Source: Opitutales bacterium (GTDB lineage: Bacteria; Verrucomicrobiota; Verrucomicrobiia; Opitutales; PNEW01). From it: 32,000 bases of DNA. This document shows positions 10,129-18,735 of the stretch, piece by piece. The notes beneath the pieces were generated by a model. It saw only the letters and a program-made list of their open reading frames with translations, had not been told where the DNA came from and ran no database searches. The DNA is taken from assembly GCA_965219535.1 (NCBI GenBank), contig CBDCNV010000002.1, positions 1,980,001 through 2,012,000 of the forward strand. Direction: 5' to 3'. A program made the translations under genes and the position numbers. Positions within the stretch are counted from its first letter, which is position 1. Each line of letters begins with the position of its first letter.

Positions 10129-10680
10129 ATGCAAAATCCCGTATTAAAAACACAATATTTAGAAGCTGTTGTCCCTGCTATGATGAAGAGCCGGAGCTAT
10201 AAAAATAAGCACCAGGTTCCATCAGTCGAAAAGATTGTACTAAATTCTGGGATAAGTTCATTACTCGACAGAAATGCGATAGAAGAAACAGCTCGTGAAA
10301 TGAGTATCCTTGCGGGTCAAAAACCGATCATTACAAAAGCCCGTAAAAGTGTTGCTAACTTTAAGGTGCGTGAAGGTATGCCTCTGGGCGTAAAAGTAAC
10401 TTTGCGTGGTAATCAATTGTACGAATTCCTGTATCGACTTATTGGAATTGCCTTACCCGGTATACGAGATTTCCGAGGCATCAGCGGCAAATTTGACGGA
10501 CATGGAAATTACACGCTGGGCATCACCGATATCACTATTTTTCCCGAGATAAATTCGGATACCATTAAACGCGGTATGGGTATGGATCTAACGATTGTAA
10601 CAAATACTAACGACGATAGTGAAGGTTATGAATTGCTTAAACTGATGGGTATGCCATTTCGCGAAGATAGCAATAACTGA
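10129..10680 (+). CDS. rplE: 50S ribosomal protein L5
   Basis: 183 aa; NYTLGITDITIFPEI motif; syntenic. Confidence 0.96.
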   Translation: MQNPVLKTQYLEAVVPAMMKSRSYKNKHQVPSVEKIVLNSGISSLLDRNAIEETAREMSILAGQKPIITKARKSVANFKVREGMPLGVKVTLRGNQLYEFLYRLIGIALPGIRDFRGISGKFDGHGNYTLGITDITIFPEINSDTIKRGMGMDLTIVTNTNDDSEGYELLKLMGMPFREDSNN

Positions 10681-10704
10681 TTTTATCCTTAACTCGATTA
10701 TACA

Positions 10705-11010
10705 ATGGCTAAGAAAGGAATGATTGAACGCAATAAGAAGCGCGAGCGCTTGGTAGAAAAGCATGCGGCTTTACGAAGTGAACTCAAAAGCGTGTTGACT
10801 AATCCCAATACTACTGACGAGGAATTTTATCAGGCCCAGAGAAAGCTTGCGAAATTGCCGCGTAATTCCAGTAAAATACGTCTGCGTAATCGTTGTGCCG
10901 TAACTGGCCGCCCCCGCGCGTATATGCGTAAATATCGCCTTTCACGCATCACTTTTAGGGAATTAGCTCTCCAGGGGAAAATTCCTGGAGTTACAAAATC
11001 ATCTTGGTAG
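10705..11010 (+). CDS. rpsN: 30S ribosomal protein S14 (long, non-zinc form)
   Basis: 101 aa; [41 protein letters not shown]. It has a single Cys, so it is the long C-minus type. Confidence 0.95.
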   Translation: MAKKGMIERNKKRERLVEKHAALRSELKSVLTNPNTTDEEFYQAQRKLAKLPRNSSKIRLRNRCAVTGRPRAYMRKYRLSRITFRELALQGKIPGVTKSSW

Positions 11011-11059
11011 TCGTTATTTTCCTTATCTTATTATAACCACTTAGAATTTACACTACGTC

Positions 11060-11449
11060 ATGGACAGGATCAGCGACTTTTTAACGATCATTCGCAATGC
11101 AAATCATGCTCATAAGGAGACATGTTCGGCGCCGTATTCTAAAATCAATAGACATATAGCTGAGATAATGAAGAGCGAAGGCTTTATCCGTAATATAGAC
11201 GAGGGAAAAGATGAGAAGGGTCATAAGACGATTGTCATTATTATGAAGTATGTCGGTGAGAAATCTGCGATAAATAGTATCCAGAGATGGAGTAAACCGG
11301 GACGCCGACTTTATTATCAGCATAGCGAAATTCCACGTGTTCTGGGAGGACTTGGTCTCGGTATTATGACCACTTCGAAGGGGATTCTTAAAGATCGCGA
11401 TGCTCGACGCCAGAAAGTCGGTGGGGAAATGATCTGTACGCTATGGTAA
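11060..11449 (+). CDS. rpsH: 30S ribosomal protein S8
   Basis: 129 aa; ISDFLTIIRNAN N-terminus and GGEMICTLW C-terminus. Confidence 0.95.
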   Translation: MDRISDFLTIIRNANHAHKETCSAPYSKINRHIAEIMKSEGFIRNIDEGKDEKGHKTIVIIMKYVGEKSAINSIQRWSKPGRRLYYQHSEIPRVLGGLGLGIMTTSKGILKDRDARRQKVGGEMICTLW

Positions 11450-11470
11450 CGGCTATATTTTTTTTTTACT

Positions 11471-12007
11471 ATGAGTAGAGTTGGCAAATTACCTATTAAT
11501 CTTCCCGAAAAAGTTTCGGTTTCGGTGGAAAAAAGTTTGGTTAAAGTTGAAGGACCAAAGGGGAAACTGGAAAAAGGATTTAATGCACCAGTAATGATTA
11601 AAGTGGATGATAGTGAAGTGACGGTAAATCAAACGGAAAGTAGTAGATTTGCTCAGGCAATGCAGGGTACAGCCAGGTCCATCATCGCTAATATGATTCA
11701 TGGTGTCACTGAAGGCTATAGTAAGAATATTGAAATTAAAGGTGTCGGTTTTCGCGCTTCAGTTGAGGGTAGTAAACTCAATCTCAATATTGGTTACTCG
11801 CATCCAATCGATTATACAATTCCAGAAGGTATTAACATACGCGTTACAGATAATACCAAACTAAAAGTTGAGGGAATAGATAAACAGCTCGTCGGTGAAG
11901 TGTGTGCGAAACTTAAACGTTTTTATCCACCTGAACCCTACAAGGGCAAAGGGATTCACATTGAGGGGCAACATGTCCGACGTAAGGAGGGTAAAACCGT
12001 AGCTTAA
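11471..12007 (+). CDS. rplF: 50S ribosomal protein L6
   Basis: 178 aa; MSRVGKLPINLPEKV...; syntenic. Confidence 0.96.
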   Translation: MSRVGKLPINLPEKVSVSVEKSLVKVEGPKGKLEKGFNAPVMIKVDDSEVTVNQTESSRFAQAMQGTARSIIANMIHGVTEGYSKNIEIKGVGFRASVEGSKLNLNIGYSHPIDYTIPEGINIRVTDNTKLKVEGIDKQLVGEVCAKLKRFYPPEPYKGKGIHIEGQHVRRKEGKTVA

Positions 12008-12028
12008 GAGTATGGTAGTTAATATATT

Positions 12029-12391
12029 ATGGACTTATTAAAGAAAAAACAACTGCGGCAGAAGCGCATCTGGCGAATACGCAAAAAAGTTAAAGGGACG
12101 AAATCAAGTCCTCGATTATGTGTTCACTTTAGTAACCAGCACATTTATGCCCAAGTGATAAATGACGATGCTGGCAAAACGGTGGTCTCGCTCAGTACAT
12201 TGAATAAAGATGTGCGGTCAGATAAATTGTCCAGTAATTTAGAAAGTGCTAAGAAACTCGGCCATCTTTTTGGAAAGAAAGCTAAAGAGGCTGGAGTGGC
12301 ACGAGTCGTTTTCGATCGCAACGGACGACTCTACCATGGTGCGATCAAGGCATTTGCCGATGCCACGCGAGAAGAGGGATTGGAATTTTAA
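12029..12391 (+). CDS. rplR: 50S ribosomal protein L18
   Basis: 120 aa; [18 protein letters not shown]...[28 protein letters not shown]. Confidence 0.95.
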   Translation: MDLLKKKQLRQKRIWRIRKKVKGTKSSPRLCVHFSNQHIYAQVINDDAGKTVVSLSTLNKDVRSDKLSSNLESAKKLGHLFGKKAKEAGVARVVFDRNGRLYHGAIKAFADATREEGLEF

Positions 12392-12392
12392 T

Positions 12393-12899
12393 ATGAGTAA
12401 TCAAACACAGAGGGACACACTTATAGGAAACGACGAAGCTCCCGAGTTTACGGAAAAAGTCGTCCACATTAATCGCTGCGCTAAAGTAGTTAAAGGGGGA
12501 CGGCGATTCAGCTTTTCAGCCACCGTTGTGGTTGGCGATCAACGTGGTGATGTTGGAGTAGGCTACGGCAAGGCAAAAGAAGTACCCGAAGCCATAAGAA
12601 AGGGAACTGAAAGCGCCTATAAAAACCGAGCAAAAGTTTCATTACGGGAAGACACCATCCCTCATCGTATAGTTGGTGTTCATGATGGCGGTCGTGTCCT
12701 ACTACGGCCAGCGAGTCCCGGGACCGGTATTATTGCTGGCGGTGGGGTAAGGGCAGTCCTCGAAGCAGCAGGAGTTAAAGATATACTCTCTAAGTCCTTA
12801 GGGTCGAATAATCATGGTGCTGTAGTGAACGCAACTTTCAATGCCTTAAAGCAATTGCGTTCAAAAGAATCGTTAAGACAAATACGCGATGCGGAATAA
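12393..12899 (+). CDS. rpsE: 30S ribosomal protein S5
   Basis: The start is ATG 12393 (MSNQTQ...), 1 nt after the rplR stop. The ORF listed from 12246 runs through rplR. Motif [27 protein letters not shown]. Confidence 0.95.
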   Translation: MSNQTQRDTLIGNDEAPEFTEKVVHINRCAKVVKGGRRFSFSATVVVGDQRGDVGVGYGKAKEVPEAIRKGTESAYKNRAKVSLREDTIPHRIVGVHDGGRVLLRPASPGTGIIAGGGVRAVLEAAGVKDILSKSLGSNNHGAVVNATFNALKQLRSKESLRQIRDAE

Positions 12900-12928
12900 C
12901 CGTACGCGATTTTTACTTTTTAATAATA

Positions 12929-13435
12929 ATGCGCTTACATAATTTACCATCTAACGAAGGAGCCTCCCGCCCAAGGAAACGAGTTGGCCGCGGTCAAGGT
13001 TCAGGTCATGGCAAAACTGCCGGTAGAGGAATGAATGGGCAGAGATCCCGCTCTGGGGGAAGTATTCGACCCGGTTTTGAAGGTGGGCAAATGCCACTTT
13101 ATCGAAAGCTTCCGAAGCGGGGATTTAATAATAAAGAATTTTCTACTGTTTATGACATAGTAAATATAGGTGATCTAGCGAAGATTGAAGACGCTGAAGT
13201 CATAAATCGTGAGGCTTTGATCAAAGCGGGATTGATCCGCGGTAATTCCAAATTGATCAAGATCCTTGGCAGTGGCGAAACGGAAAAAGCGCTAAAAGTA
13301 GAAGCAGATAAATTTTCATCCTCTGCGCAAAAGAAAATAGAAGCTGCTGGCGGACAAACCATCACCCCAGATCCCCCAGCGAAGGCTCAGACCAAGGATA
13401 AGAGCAAAAAGAATGATTCTGCAGATAGTGATTGA
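12929..13435 (+). CDS. rplO: 50S ribosomal protein L15
   Basis: 168 aa; RVGRGQGSGHGKTAGRGMNGQRSRSGG motif; ~24-aa charged C-terminal tail. It follows rpsE directly, with no rpmD between them. Confidence 0.93.
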   Translation: MRLHNLPSNEGASRPRKRVGRGQGSGHGKTAGRGMNGQRSRSGGSIRPGFEGGQMPLYRKLPKRGFNNKEFSTVYDIVNIGDLAKIEDAEVINREALIKAGLIRGNSKLIKILGSGETEKALKVEADKFSSSAQKKIEAAGGQTITPDPPAKAQTKDKSKKNDSADSD

Positions 13436-13452
13436 GAAATTAAAATTGCGAC

Positions 13453-14955
13453 ATGATATCTGCGTTCACTAATTGCCTGAAGATTCCTGAACTTAGGCAG
13501 CGAATTTTATTTTCACTCGGGTTAATCTTTATTGCGCGCATTGGCGCGAATATTCCATTACCCGGACTTAATCCTCTCCCCCTCCAGAGCTTTTTTGCCG
13601 ATCAAAGCGCAGCGGGAGGTGGCTCACTTGTTGGTCTTTACAATATGTTTACTGGTGGCGCCTTACTGAAGGGCGCTGTTTGCGCTCTCGGTATCATGCC
13701 TTATATCAGCGCATCCATCATATTCCAGTTAATGGGTGCCGTTGTCCCAACTCTGGCGCGACTTCAGCAGGAAGGAGAGGTGGGTCGTCAAAAATTATCA
13801 CAGTATACACGTTATGCCACGGTGTGTATTTGCTTTGTTCAGGGGACATTGTTGATCATGGCTCTGGAAAATCCTCAGCGCTTGTTCAATGGATTTACAA
13901 CAGAAGAATATGGAAACATAGTTTTGATCGATCACGGATGGTTTCTCTTCACATCTGTCATCCTGCTTACTACTGGTACCGTTCTTCTCATGTGGTTGGG
14001 AGAACAAATCACTCAACGTGGCATAGGCAATGGAATTTCTCTGCTCATTACGGTTGGAATTCTCGCAGATCTTCCTGCCGCTGCTTCGCTCACTTACCGA
14101 ATGTTCTTCGCTCCAGTCGGTGTTAAAAGTCTGGGTGTACCTGAAGCGATACTCATGATCGCTTTACTTTTTTTCGCGATAGCTGGTATTGTTGCCATTA
14201 CCCAGGCACAGAGAAAAATACCCGTTCAGTACGCTAAGCGCGTCGTCGGACGCCGTGTTTACGGAGGGCAGAGTTCATTCCTGCCGTTGAAAGTCAATTA
14301 TTCTGGGGTCATGCCTATCATCTTTGCCAGTGCGATACTGCTTTTTATCCAGCAGATCGCAAGCTGGGCAGGGGCGGCAAGCGGTTGGCGTTTCATGTCT
14401 GATTTCTCGGGATTCTTTATGTTTGGGACCTGGCCCTATTATTGCACCTATGCAACACTTATTCTTCTTTTCAGCTATTTCTGGGTATCTGTAATGTTTA
14501 AACCAATTCAAATAGCAGACGATTTAAAGAAATCTGGTGGCTATATACCAGGAGTACGTCCGGGTGAACCTACAGCAAAGTTTCTCGATTACGTGATGAC
14601 GCGTCTCACGTTGGCGGGTGCGGTATTTTTGACGATAATTGCTGTTTTTCCTGACTTTTTGCTTTATACTTATAAAATTCCCTATCAGGTCGCCCAATTC
14701 TTTGGTGGAACAGGGATGCTCATTATAGTTGGCGTTTTATTAGATTCTCTCAGGCAAATTGAAACTTTTCTCCTGCAACGACATTACGATGGATTTCTTA
14801 AAAAGGGACGAATCCGAGGGCGCAGTGTCGGTCGCACTCGCCAATTGGTTGATACTTCTGAATTAAAAAGCGTTAGTATTTTGTGGATCGCCCTCGGGCT
14901 TATGTTCATTGGGGGAATGATCGCGTGGCTTGCCCAAAAGTACTTGATTAATTAG
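13453..14955 (+). CDS. secY: Preprotein translocase subunit SecY (with a C-terminal extension)
   Basis: 500 aa, polytopic; GIMPYISASIIFQL and the canonical C-terminus ...LQRHYDGFLKKGRIRGR, followed by 43 further residues that include a hydrophobic helix. Confidence 0.96.
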   Translation: MISAFTNCLKIPELRQRILFSLGLIFIARIGANIPLPGLNPLPLQSFFADQSAAGGGSLVGLYNMFTGGALLKGAVCALGIMPYISASIIFQLMGAVVPTLARLQQEGEVGRQKLSQYTRYATVCICFVQGTLLIMALENPQRLFNGFTTEEYGNIVLIDHGWFLFTSVILLTTGTVLLMWLGEQITQRGIGNGISLLITVGILADLPAAASLTYRMFFAPVGVKSLGVPEAILMIALLFFAIAGIVAITQAQRKIPVQYAKRVVGRRVYGGQSSFLPLKVNYSGVMPIIFASAILLFIQQIASWAGAASGWRFMSDFSGFFMFGTWPYYCTYATLILLFSYFWVSVMFKPIQIADDLKKSGGYIPGVRPGEPTAKFLDYVMTRLTLAGAVFLTIIAVFPDFLLYTYKIPYQVAQFFGGTGMLIIVGVLLDSLRQIETFLLQRHYDGFLKKGRIRGRSVGRTRQLVDTSELKSVSILWIALGLMFIGGMIAWLAQKYLIN

Positions 14956-15049
14956 CAGTTTTATATTGATTTCATAGTGCTAGTATTATTGATTTTCAGC
15001 TTCGATAAGCTTTATAAATATTTTTGTAGATCAATTAAATTACTAGCTG

Positions 15050-15080
15050 TTGAAAGCGCTAAGACTTTGTTTGGTATTAT
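15050..15080 (+). promoter_or_regulatory. Candidate sigma-70 promoter for map and the alpha block
   Basis: TTGAAA (15050-15055), a 19-nt spacer, then an extended -10 TGgTATTAT (15072-15080). It lies in the 187-nt secY-map spacer. This is a motif match only, and the spacer is longer than optimal. Confidence 0.3.
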
Positions 15081-15142
15081 AGTTTAACCAGCGCTTTTGG
15101 ATCAGATTAAAGCAATATCATCAATTTACAGATGCACCTTTA

Positions 15143-15910
15143 ATGATACCTGTTAAGTGTGAAGAGGAAATCGTTAAGATGCGAGAGGCCTGCCAAATTG
15201 CGGCGCAGGTCCTTGATAAGCTTTGCTCTAAAGTGACGCCTGGAGTCAATACCTATGATATAGACCAGACAGGGAAGGAGTTAATAGCTAGCTTTGGCGC
15301 TGAAAGTGCCTGTTATAACTACCACGTGGGTAAACGTAGTTTTCCCGCCTACACTTGTATCTCAGTAAACGAGGAAATTGTTCATGGGATTGGTTCGATG
15401 AAACGCGTTTTGAGAGCGGGGGACAATATTACAATCGACGTAGTCGTCATCTATAATGGATTTATCGGTGATAATGCCCGGACCATTCTTATCAAACCAG
15501 TTAGCGAGGAAATGGAACATTTGGTTACTTCAACCGAGGCCGCATTATTTCACGGCATAAAACAAGCCCGATCGGGTAATCGGGTGGGGGACATTTCCCA
15601 CTCTGTTCAGAAGTTTATTGAATCGCGTGATTTAGCCATTGTCCGTGATTTCGTAGGACATGGTATCGGTCGCTTAATGCATGAGGATCCTCAGATTCCC
15701 AATTATGGAAAAAAGGGAACGGGGAGTAAACTGAGATCGGGCATGACGCTCGCAATTGAACCCATGGTAAATCTTGGAAAACCAGAGATCGAAGTTGCGC
15801 CCGATGGTTGGACAGCGTTGACGCGTGACCGTAAGCCAGCAGCCCATTTTGAACACACGGTATTAATTACCGATAAAGGACCAGAAATATTGACAATTGC
15901 TAAAAATTAG
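15143..15910 (+). CDS. map: Methionine aminopeptidase, type I
   Basis: 255 aa; pita-bread-fold metal ligands in context (...DVVVIYNGFIGDNARTI..., ...FVGHGIG..., ...LAIEPM..., ...FEHTVLIT...). Confidence 0.95.
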   Translation: MIPVKCEEEIVKMREACQIAAQVLDKLCSKVTPGVNTYDIDQTGKELIASFGAESACYNYHVGKRSFPAYTCISVNEEIVHGIGSMKRVLRAGDNITIDVVVIYNGFIGDNARTILIKPVSEEMEHLVTSTEAALFHGIKQARSGNRVGDISHSVQKFIESRDLAIVRDFVGHGIGRLMHEDPQIPNYGKKGTGSKLRSGMTLAIEPMVNLGKPEIEVAPDGWTALTRDRKPAAHFEHTVLITDKGPEILTIAKN

Positions 15911-15985
15911 CTTTTCAATATCCTCTTTTTTATTATTTTAGCCCTCTTATCCCCTATTCATCTTTGTAAAATTTTATAAGTACTT

Positions 15986-16378
15986 ATGCCACGCTTACTT
16001 GGAGTAGACATTCCGGGAAATAAATCACTGCCTTATGCCCTGCGGTATATCTATGGTATTGGCCCCAAGATTGCGGATGATGTAATTGCAGCTGCTGAGA
16101 TGGATGCTGGTCGTCGTGCTCACGAACTCTCAGAAGAAGAAATTAATAAAATTGCGGGAATTATCGCAGATAAAAACCTGAAAGTTGAAGGTGACCTCCG
16201 TCGCGATGTAATGGGTAATTTAAAGCGCCTGCAGGCGATTAACTGTTATCGCGGTATTCGTCATCGGCGTGGATTGCCGGTAAATGGCCAACGCACGCAA
16301 AGTAATGCTAGGACGCGTAAAGGAAAGCGCAAAACAGTATCCGTCGCGAAAAGAGCAGTTGATACCGAAGCAAAGTAA
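15986..16378 (+). CDS. rpsM: 30S ribosomal protein S13
   Basis: 130 aa; MPRLLGVDIPGNK...CYRGIRHRRGLPVNGQRTQSNARTRKG. Confidence 0.96.
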   Translation: MPRLLGVDIPGNKSLPYALRYIYGIGPKIADDVIAAAEMDAGRRAHELSEEEINKIAGIIADKNLKVEGDLRRDVMGNLKRLQAINCYRGIRHRRGLPVNGQRTQSNARTRKGKRKTVSVAKRAVDTEAK

Positions 16379-16381
16379 ATC

Positions 16382-16966
16382 ATGAGCGACGAAAAACCAG
16401 AAAATCAACCGGAGGCCGAGAAGGAGAATACGACACCTGCTCCTGAAGCGTCCGAAAAGCCCGACAAAGCGGAACCTAAAGATCAGAGCGATACTGAAAA
16501 TAGCGAAGGCACGGAAAAAAAAGAGTCTGAAGAAGCCAAATCCAAGGCGCCTTCGAGTGAAGATTTGCTGCGCGATGAATTAGCGGATGTTAAGATTCGA
16601 AAAGCTAAAGGTAGTAAAAATATTACCAACGGTATCGTCCATATTCTAGCTACCTTCAATAATACAAAAGTCACTTTCACTGATGAACGAGGCAATGTAA
16701 TTTCATGGTCTAGTGCGGGGAAATGTAATTTTAGAGGATCGCGAAAATCTACTGCTTATGCCGCTCAAATTGTTACTCAGGATGCTGGCCGTACAGCAAT
16801 ATCACATGGATTGAAAGAAGTAGCTGTACATGTTAAAGGTCCTGGGTTGGGTAGGGATTCGGCGATCCGCGCACTACAAGCTCTCGGTTTAATTGTTAAC
16901 TCAATAATTGATGTAACTCCGGTTCCCCATAATGGGTGCCGACCACCCAAAAGGCGTCGCGTCTAA
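16382..16966 (+). CDS. rpsK: 30S ribosomal protein S11 with an acidic N-terminal extension
   Basis: The core ([18 protein letters not shown]...[17 protein letters not shown]) is S11. ATG 16382 lies 3 nt after the rpsM stop. An alternative TTG at 16565 would give a normal-length protein. Confidence 0.9.
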   Translation: MSDEKPENQPEAEKENTTPAPEASEKPDKAEPKDQSDTENSEGTEKKESEEAKSKAPSSEDLLRDELADVKIRKAKGSKNITNGIVHILATFNNTKVTFTDERGNVISWSSAGKCNFRGSRKSTAYAAQIVTQDAGRTAISHGLKEVAVHVKGPGLGRDSAIRALQALGLIVNSIIDVTPVPHNGCRPPKRRRV

Positions 16967-17020
16967 TTCTTCCCTCTCGGCTTTTCGAGAATTTACATCA
17001 CTTAATTAAATTTACATTAT

Positions 17021-17629
17021 ATGGCTCGCTATACAGGTCCCACCACACGCATAAACAGGCGGTTCGGGGAGGCTATATTCCCTCCTAATAAGGCATTTGA
17101 AAGAAAGCCTCATCCACCGGGAATACATGGCCCGCGTATGCGCCGTAAAATTTCGGATTATTCCCTGGCGCTCAAAGAAAAACAGAAACTGCGCTATACC
17201 TACGGTTTAACAGAAAAACAATTTAGGCTCACTTTTGAGCGAGCAAAAAGAAAACGTGGTATTACCGGTGATATTTTTCTGCAAATGTTAGTGACTCGAC
17301 TTGACAATGTGGTCTATCTCCTGGGATTTGCTAAAACGCGTCGTCAATCGCGTCAATTTGTTGGCCATGGACATATTAAAGTTAATGGGCATAAAGTAGA
17401 TATTTCAAGTTTTCAAGTTTCCCCCGGTGACGAAATCGAAGTTAAAGCGAGTACTTCTTCGCGGCAACTTGCCACACGCAGCCTTGACGAAACGCGGATG
17501 CGCACGGCTCCTGCTTGGATGACTTGTCACGAGGATTCATTGCGAGCAGAAGTTAACCGGATGCCTACTCGTGACGAAATCGATCCAGGAATTAACGAGC
17601 AGCTCATTGTCGAGTTTTACAGCCGTTAA
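17021..17629 (+). CDS. rpsD: 30S ribosomal protein S4
   Basis: 202 aa; MARYTGPTTRINRRFG N-terminus and an S4 RNA-binding domain. Confidence 0.96.
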   Translation: MARYTGPTTRINRRFGEAIFPPNKAFERKPHPPGIHGPRMRRKISDYSLALKEKQKLRYTYGLTEKQFRLTFERAKRKRGITGDIFLQMLVTRLDNVVYLLGFAKTRRQSRQFVGHGHIKVNGHKVDISSFQVSPGDEIEVKASTSSRQLATRSLDETRMRTAPAWMTCHEDSLRAEVNRMPTRDEIDPGINEQLIVEFYSR

Positions 17630-17705
17630 TACTTCAGGGTTGGGAACGATTAAGTTCAGAAATTAATTTTTTAAAATAAATATAAACTGGAACTATTGTC
17701 AGCAA

Positions 17706-18707
17706 ATGCCAATTAGATTAGGAAAATTCGAATTACCAAAGCGACTGATCAAGGACGAGGAGTCCGTGACCGATACGTACACGAAGTTCACTGCCGAGCC
17801 GTTTGAAACCGGCTACGGGCACACGATTGGGAACTCACTACGGCGCGTCTTATTGAGTTCAATTGAAGGTGCCGCTATCTCTTCGATCAAGATTGATGGC
17901 GTCGATCATGAATTTCAGAGTATCGACGGCGTCGTCGAAGACGTAACTGATATCGTTTTAAACCTTAAGAAGGTGCTTATCAATTCGCACAAACAAGAGC
18001 CAATTAAGCTACTCATAGATGTCAATAAATCGGGAACGGTTACCGCCGCTGATATTCAAGAGGATGCAAATATCGAAATTGTGAATCCCGATCAGATTAT
18101 TTGTACTCTCGATACAACGAAACGTTTTTTGGCTGAACTGGAAATCAAAGTCGGGCGCGGTTATTGTCCGGGTGAAGATAATAAAGAACCGGATCAGCCG
18201 ATTGGTGTAATCGCTATCGATTCCCTCTTTAGCCCGGTAAAACTCGTTAAATATTCAGTGGAGAATACACGTGTCGGACAGATGACTGACTTTGATAAGC
18301 TTATTCTCGAAGTCTGGACTGATGGACGAATTAACCCTGAGGATGCTTTAAAACAGTCAGCTTCGATAATAAAACATCATCTCGACATTTTTGATCGCGT
18401 TAGTGAGGAGAGCATCGAGTTTGAAAGTGAACAGGCGGAAGTGAGTGAAGAGCAGAATAAACTCCGGAAATTACTCAATATGAGTGTCAACGAGATTGAA
18501 TTATCTGTTCGTGCCGCCAATTGCCTGAATAACGCGAATATCACAACAGTAGGTGAACTGGCAATGAAGAGTGAACAGGAAATGCTTAAATATCGCAATT
18601 TCGGTAAAAAATCGCTGAATGAAATTAAAGCTAAACTGGAACAACTCGGGCTCTCTCTCGGTATGAAAATCGATGAGCGTTTGCTGGAAAACCGTAGCGA
18701 CATGTAA
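17706..18707 (+). CDS. rpoA: DNA-directed RNA polymerase subunit alpha
   Basis: 333 aa; TIGNSLRRVLLSSIEGAAI in the N-terminal domain and ELSVRAANCLNNANITTVGEL in the C-terminal HhH domain. Confidence 0.96.
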   Translation: MPIRLGKFELPKRLIKDEESVTDTYTKFTAEPFETGYGHTIGNSLRRVLLSSIEGAAISSIKIDGVDHEFQSIDGVVEDVTDIVLNLKKVLINSHKQEPIKLLIDVNKSGTVTAADIQEDANIEIVNPDQIICTLDTTKRFLAELEIKVGRGYCPGEDNKEPDQPIGVIAIDSLFSPVKLVKYSVENTRVGQMTDFDKLILEVWTDGRINPEDALKQSASIIKHHLDIFDRVSEESIEFESEQAEVSEEQNKLRKLLNMSVNEIELSVRAANCLNNANITTVGELAMKSEQEMLKYRNFGKKSLNEIKAKLEQLGLSLGMKIDERLLENRSDM

Positions 18708-18735
18708 TTTTCATGATCAATAATAGGTAATATAG

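Noticed and set aside
11458-11467. T10 homopolymer just upstream of rplF, and an A9 run inside coaB (29646-29654)
   Set aside because: Both are consistent with the general A/U-rich initiation regions and with Lys codons. There is no evidence of phase variation or frameshifting, because the frames are intact.
12246-12392. N-terminal 49 codons of the listed 217-aa ORF (the rpsE frame)
   Set aside because: This stretch overlaps the 3' third of rplR in another frame. S5 homology begins at ATG 12393, 1 nt after the rplR stop.
13680-14126. 148-aa alternate-frame plus-strand ORF inside secY
   Set aside because: It is an R/H/C/S-rich translation of the SecY coding region in the wrong frame, with no independent signals.
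14306-14317. 12-nt identity (GGGTCATGCCTA) between the IS terminal repeat and a site inside secY
   Set aside because: It encodes the conserved SecY peptide G-V-M-P. No second IS end, TSD or disruption lies nearby. I treat it as a chance match, although it could be checked as a potential transposase-binding pseudo-end.
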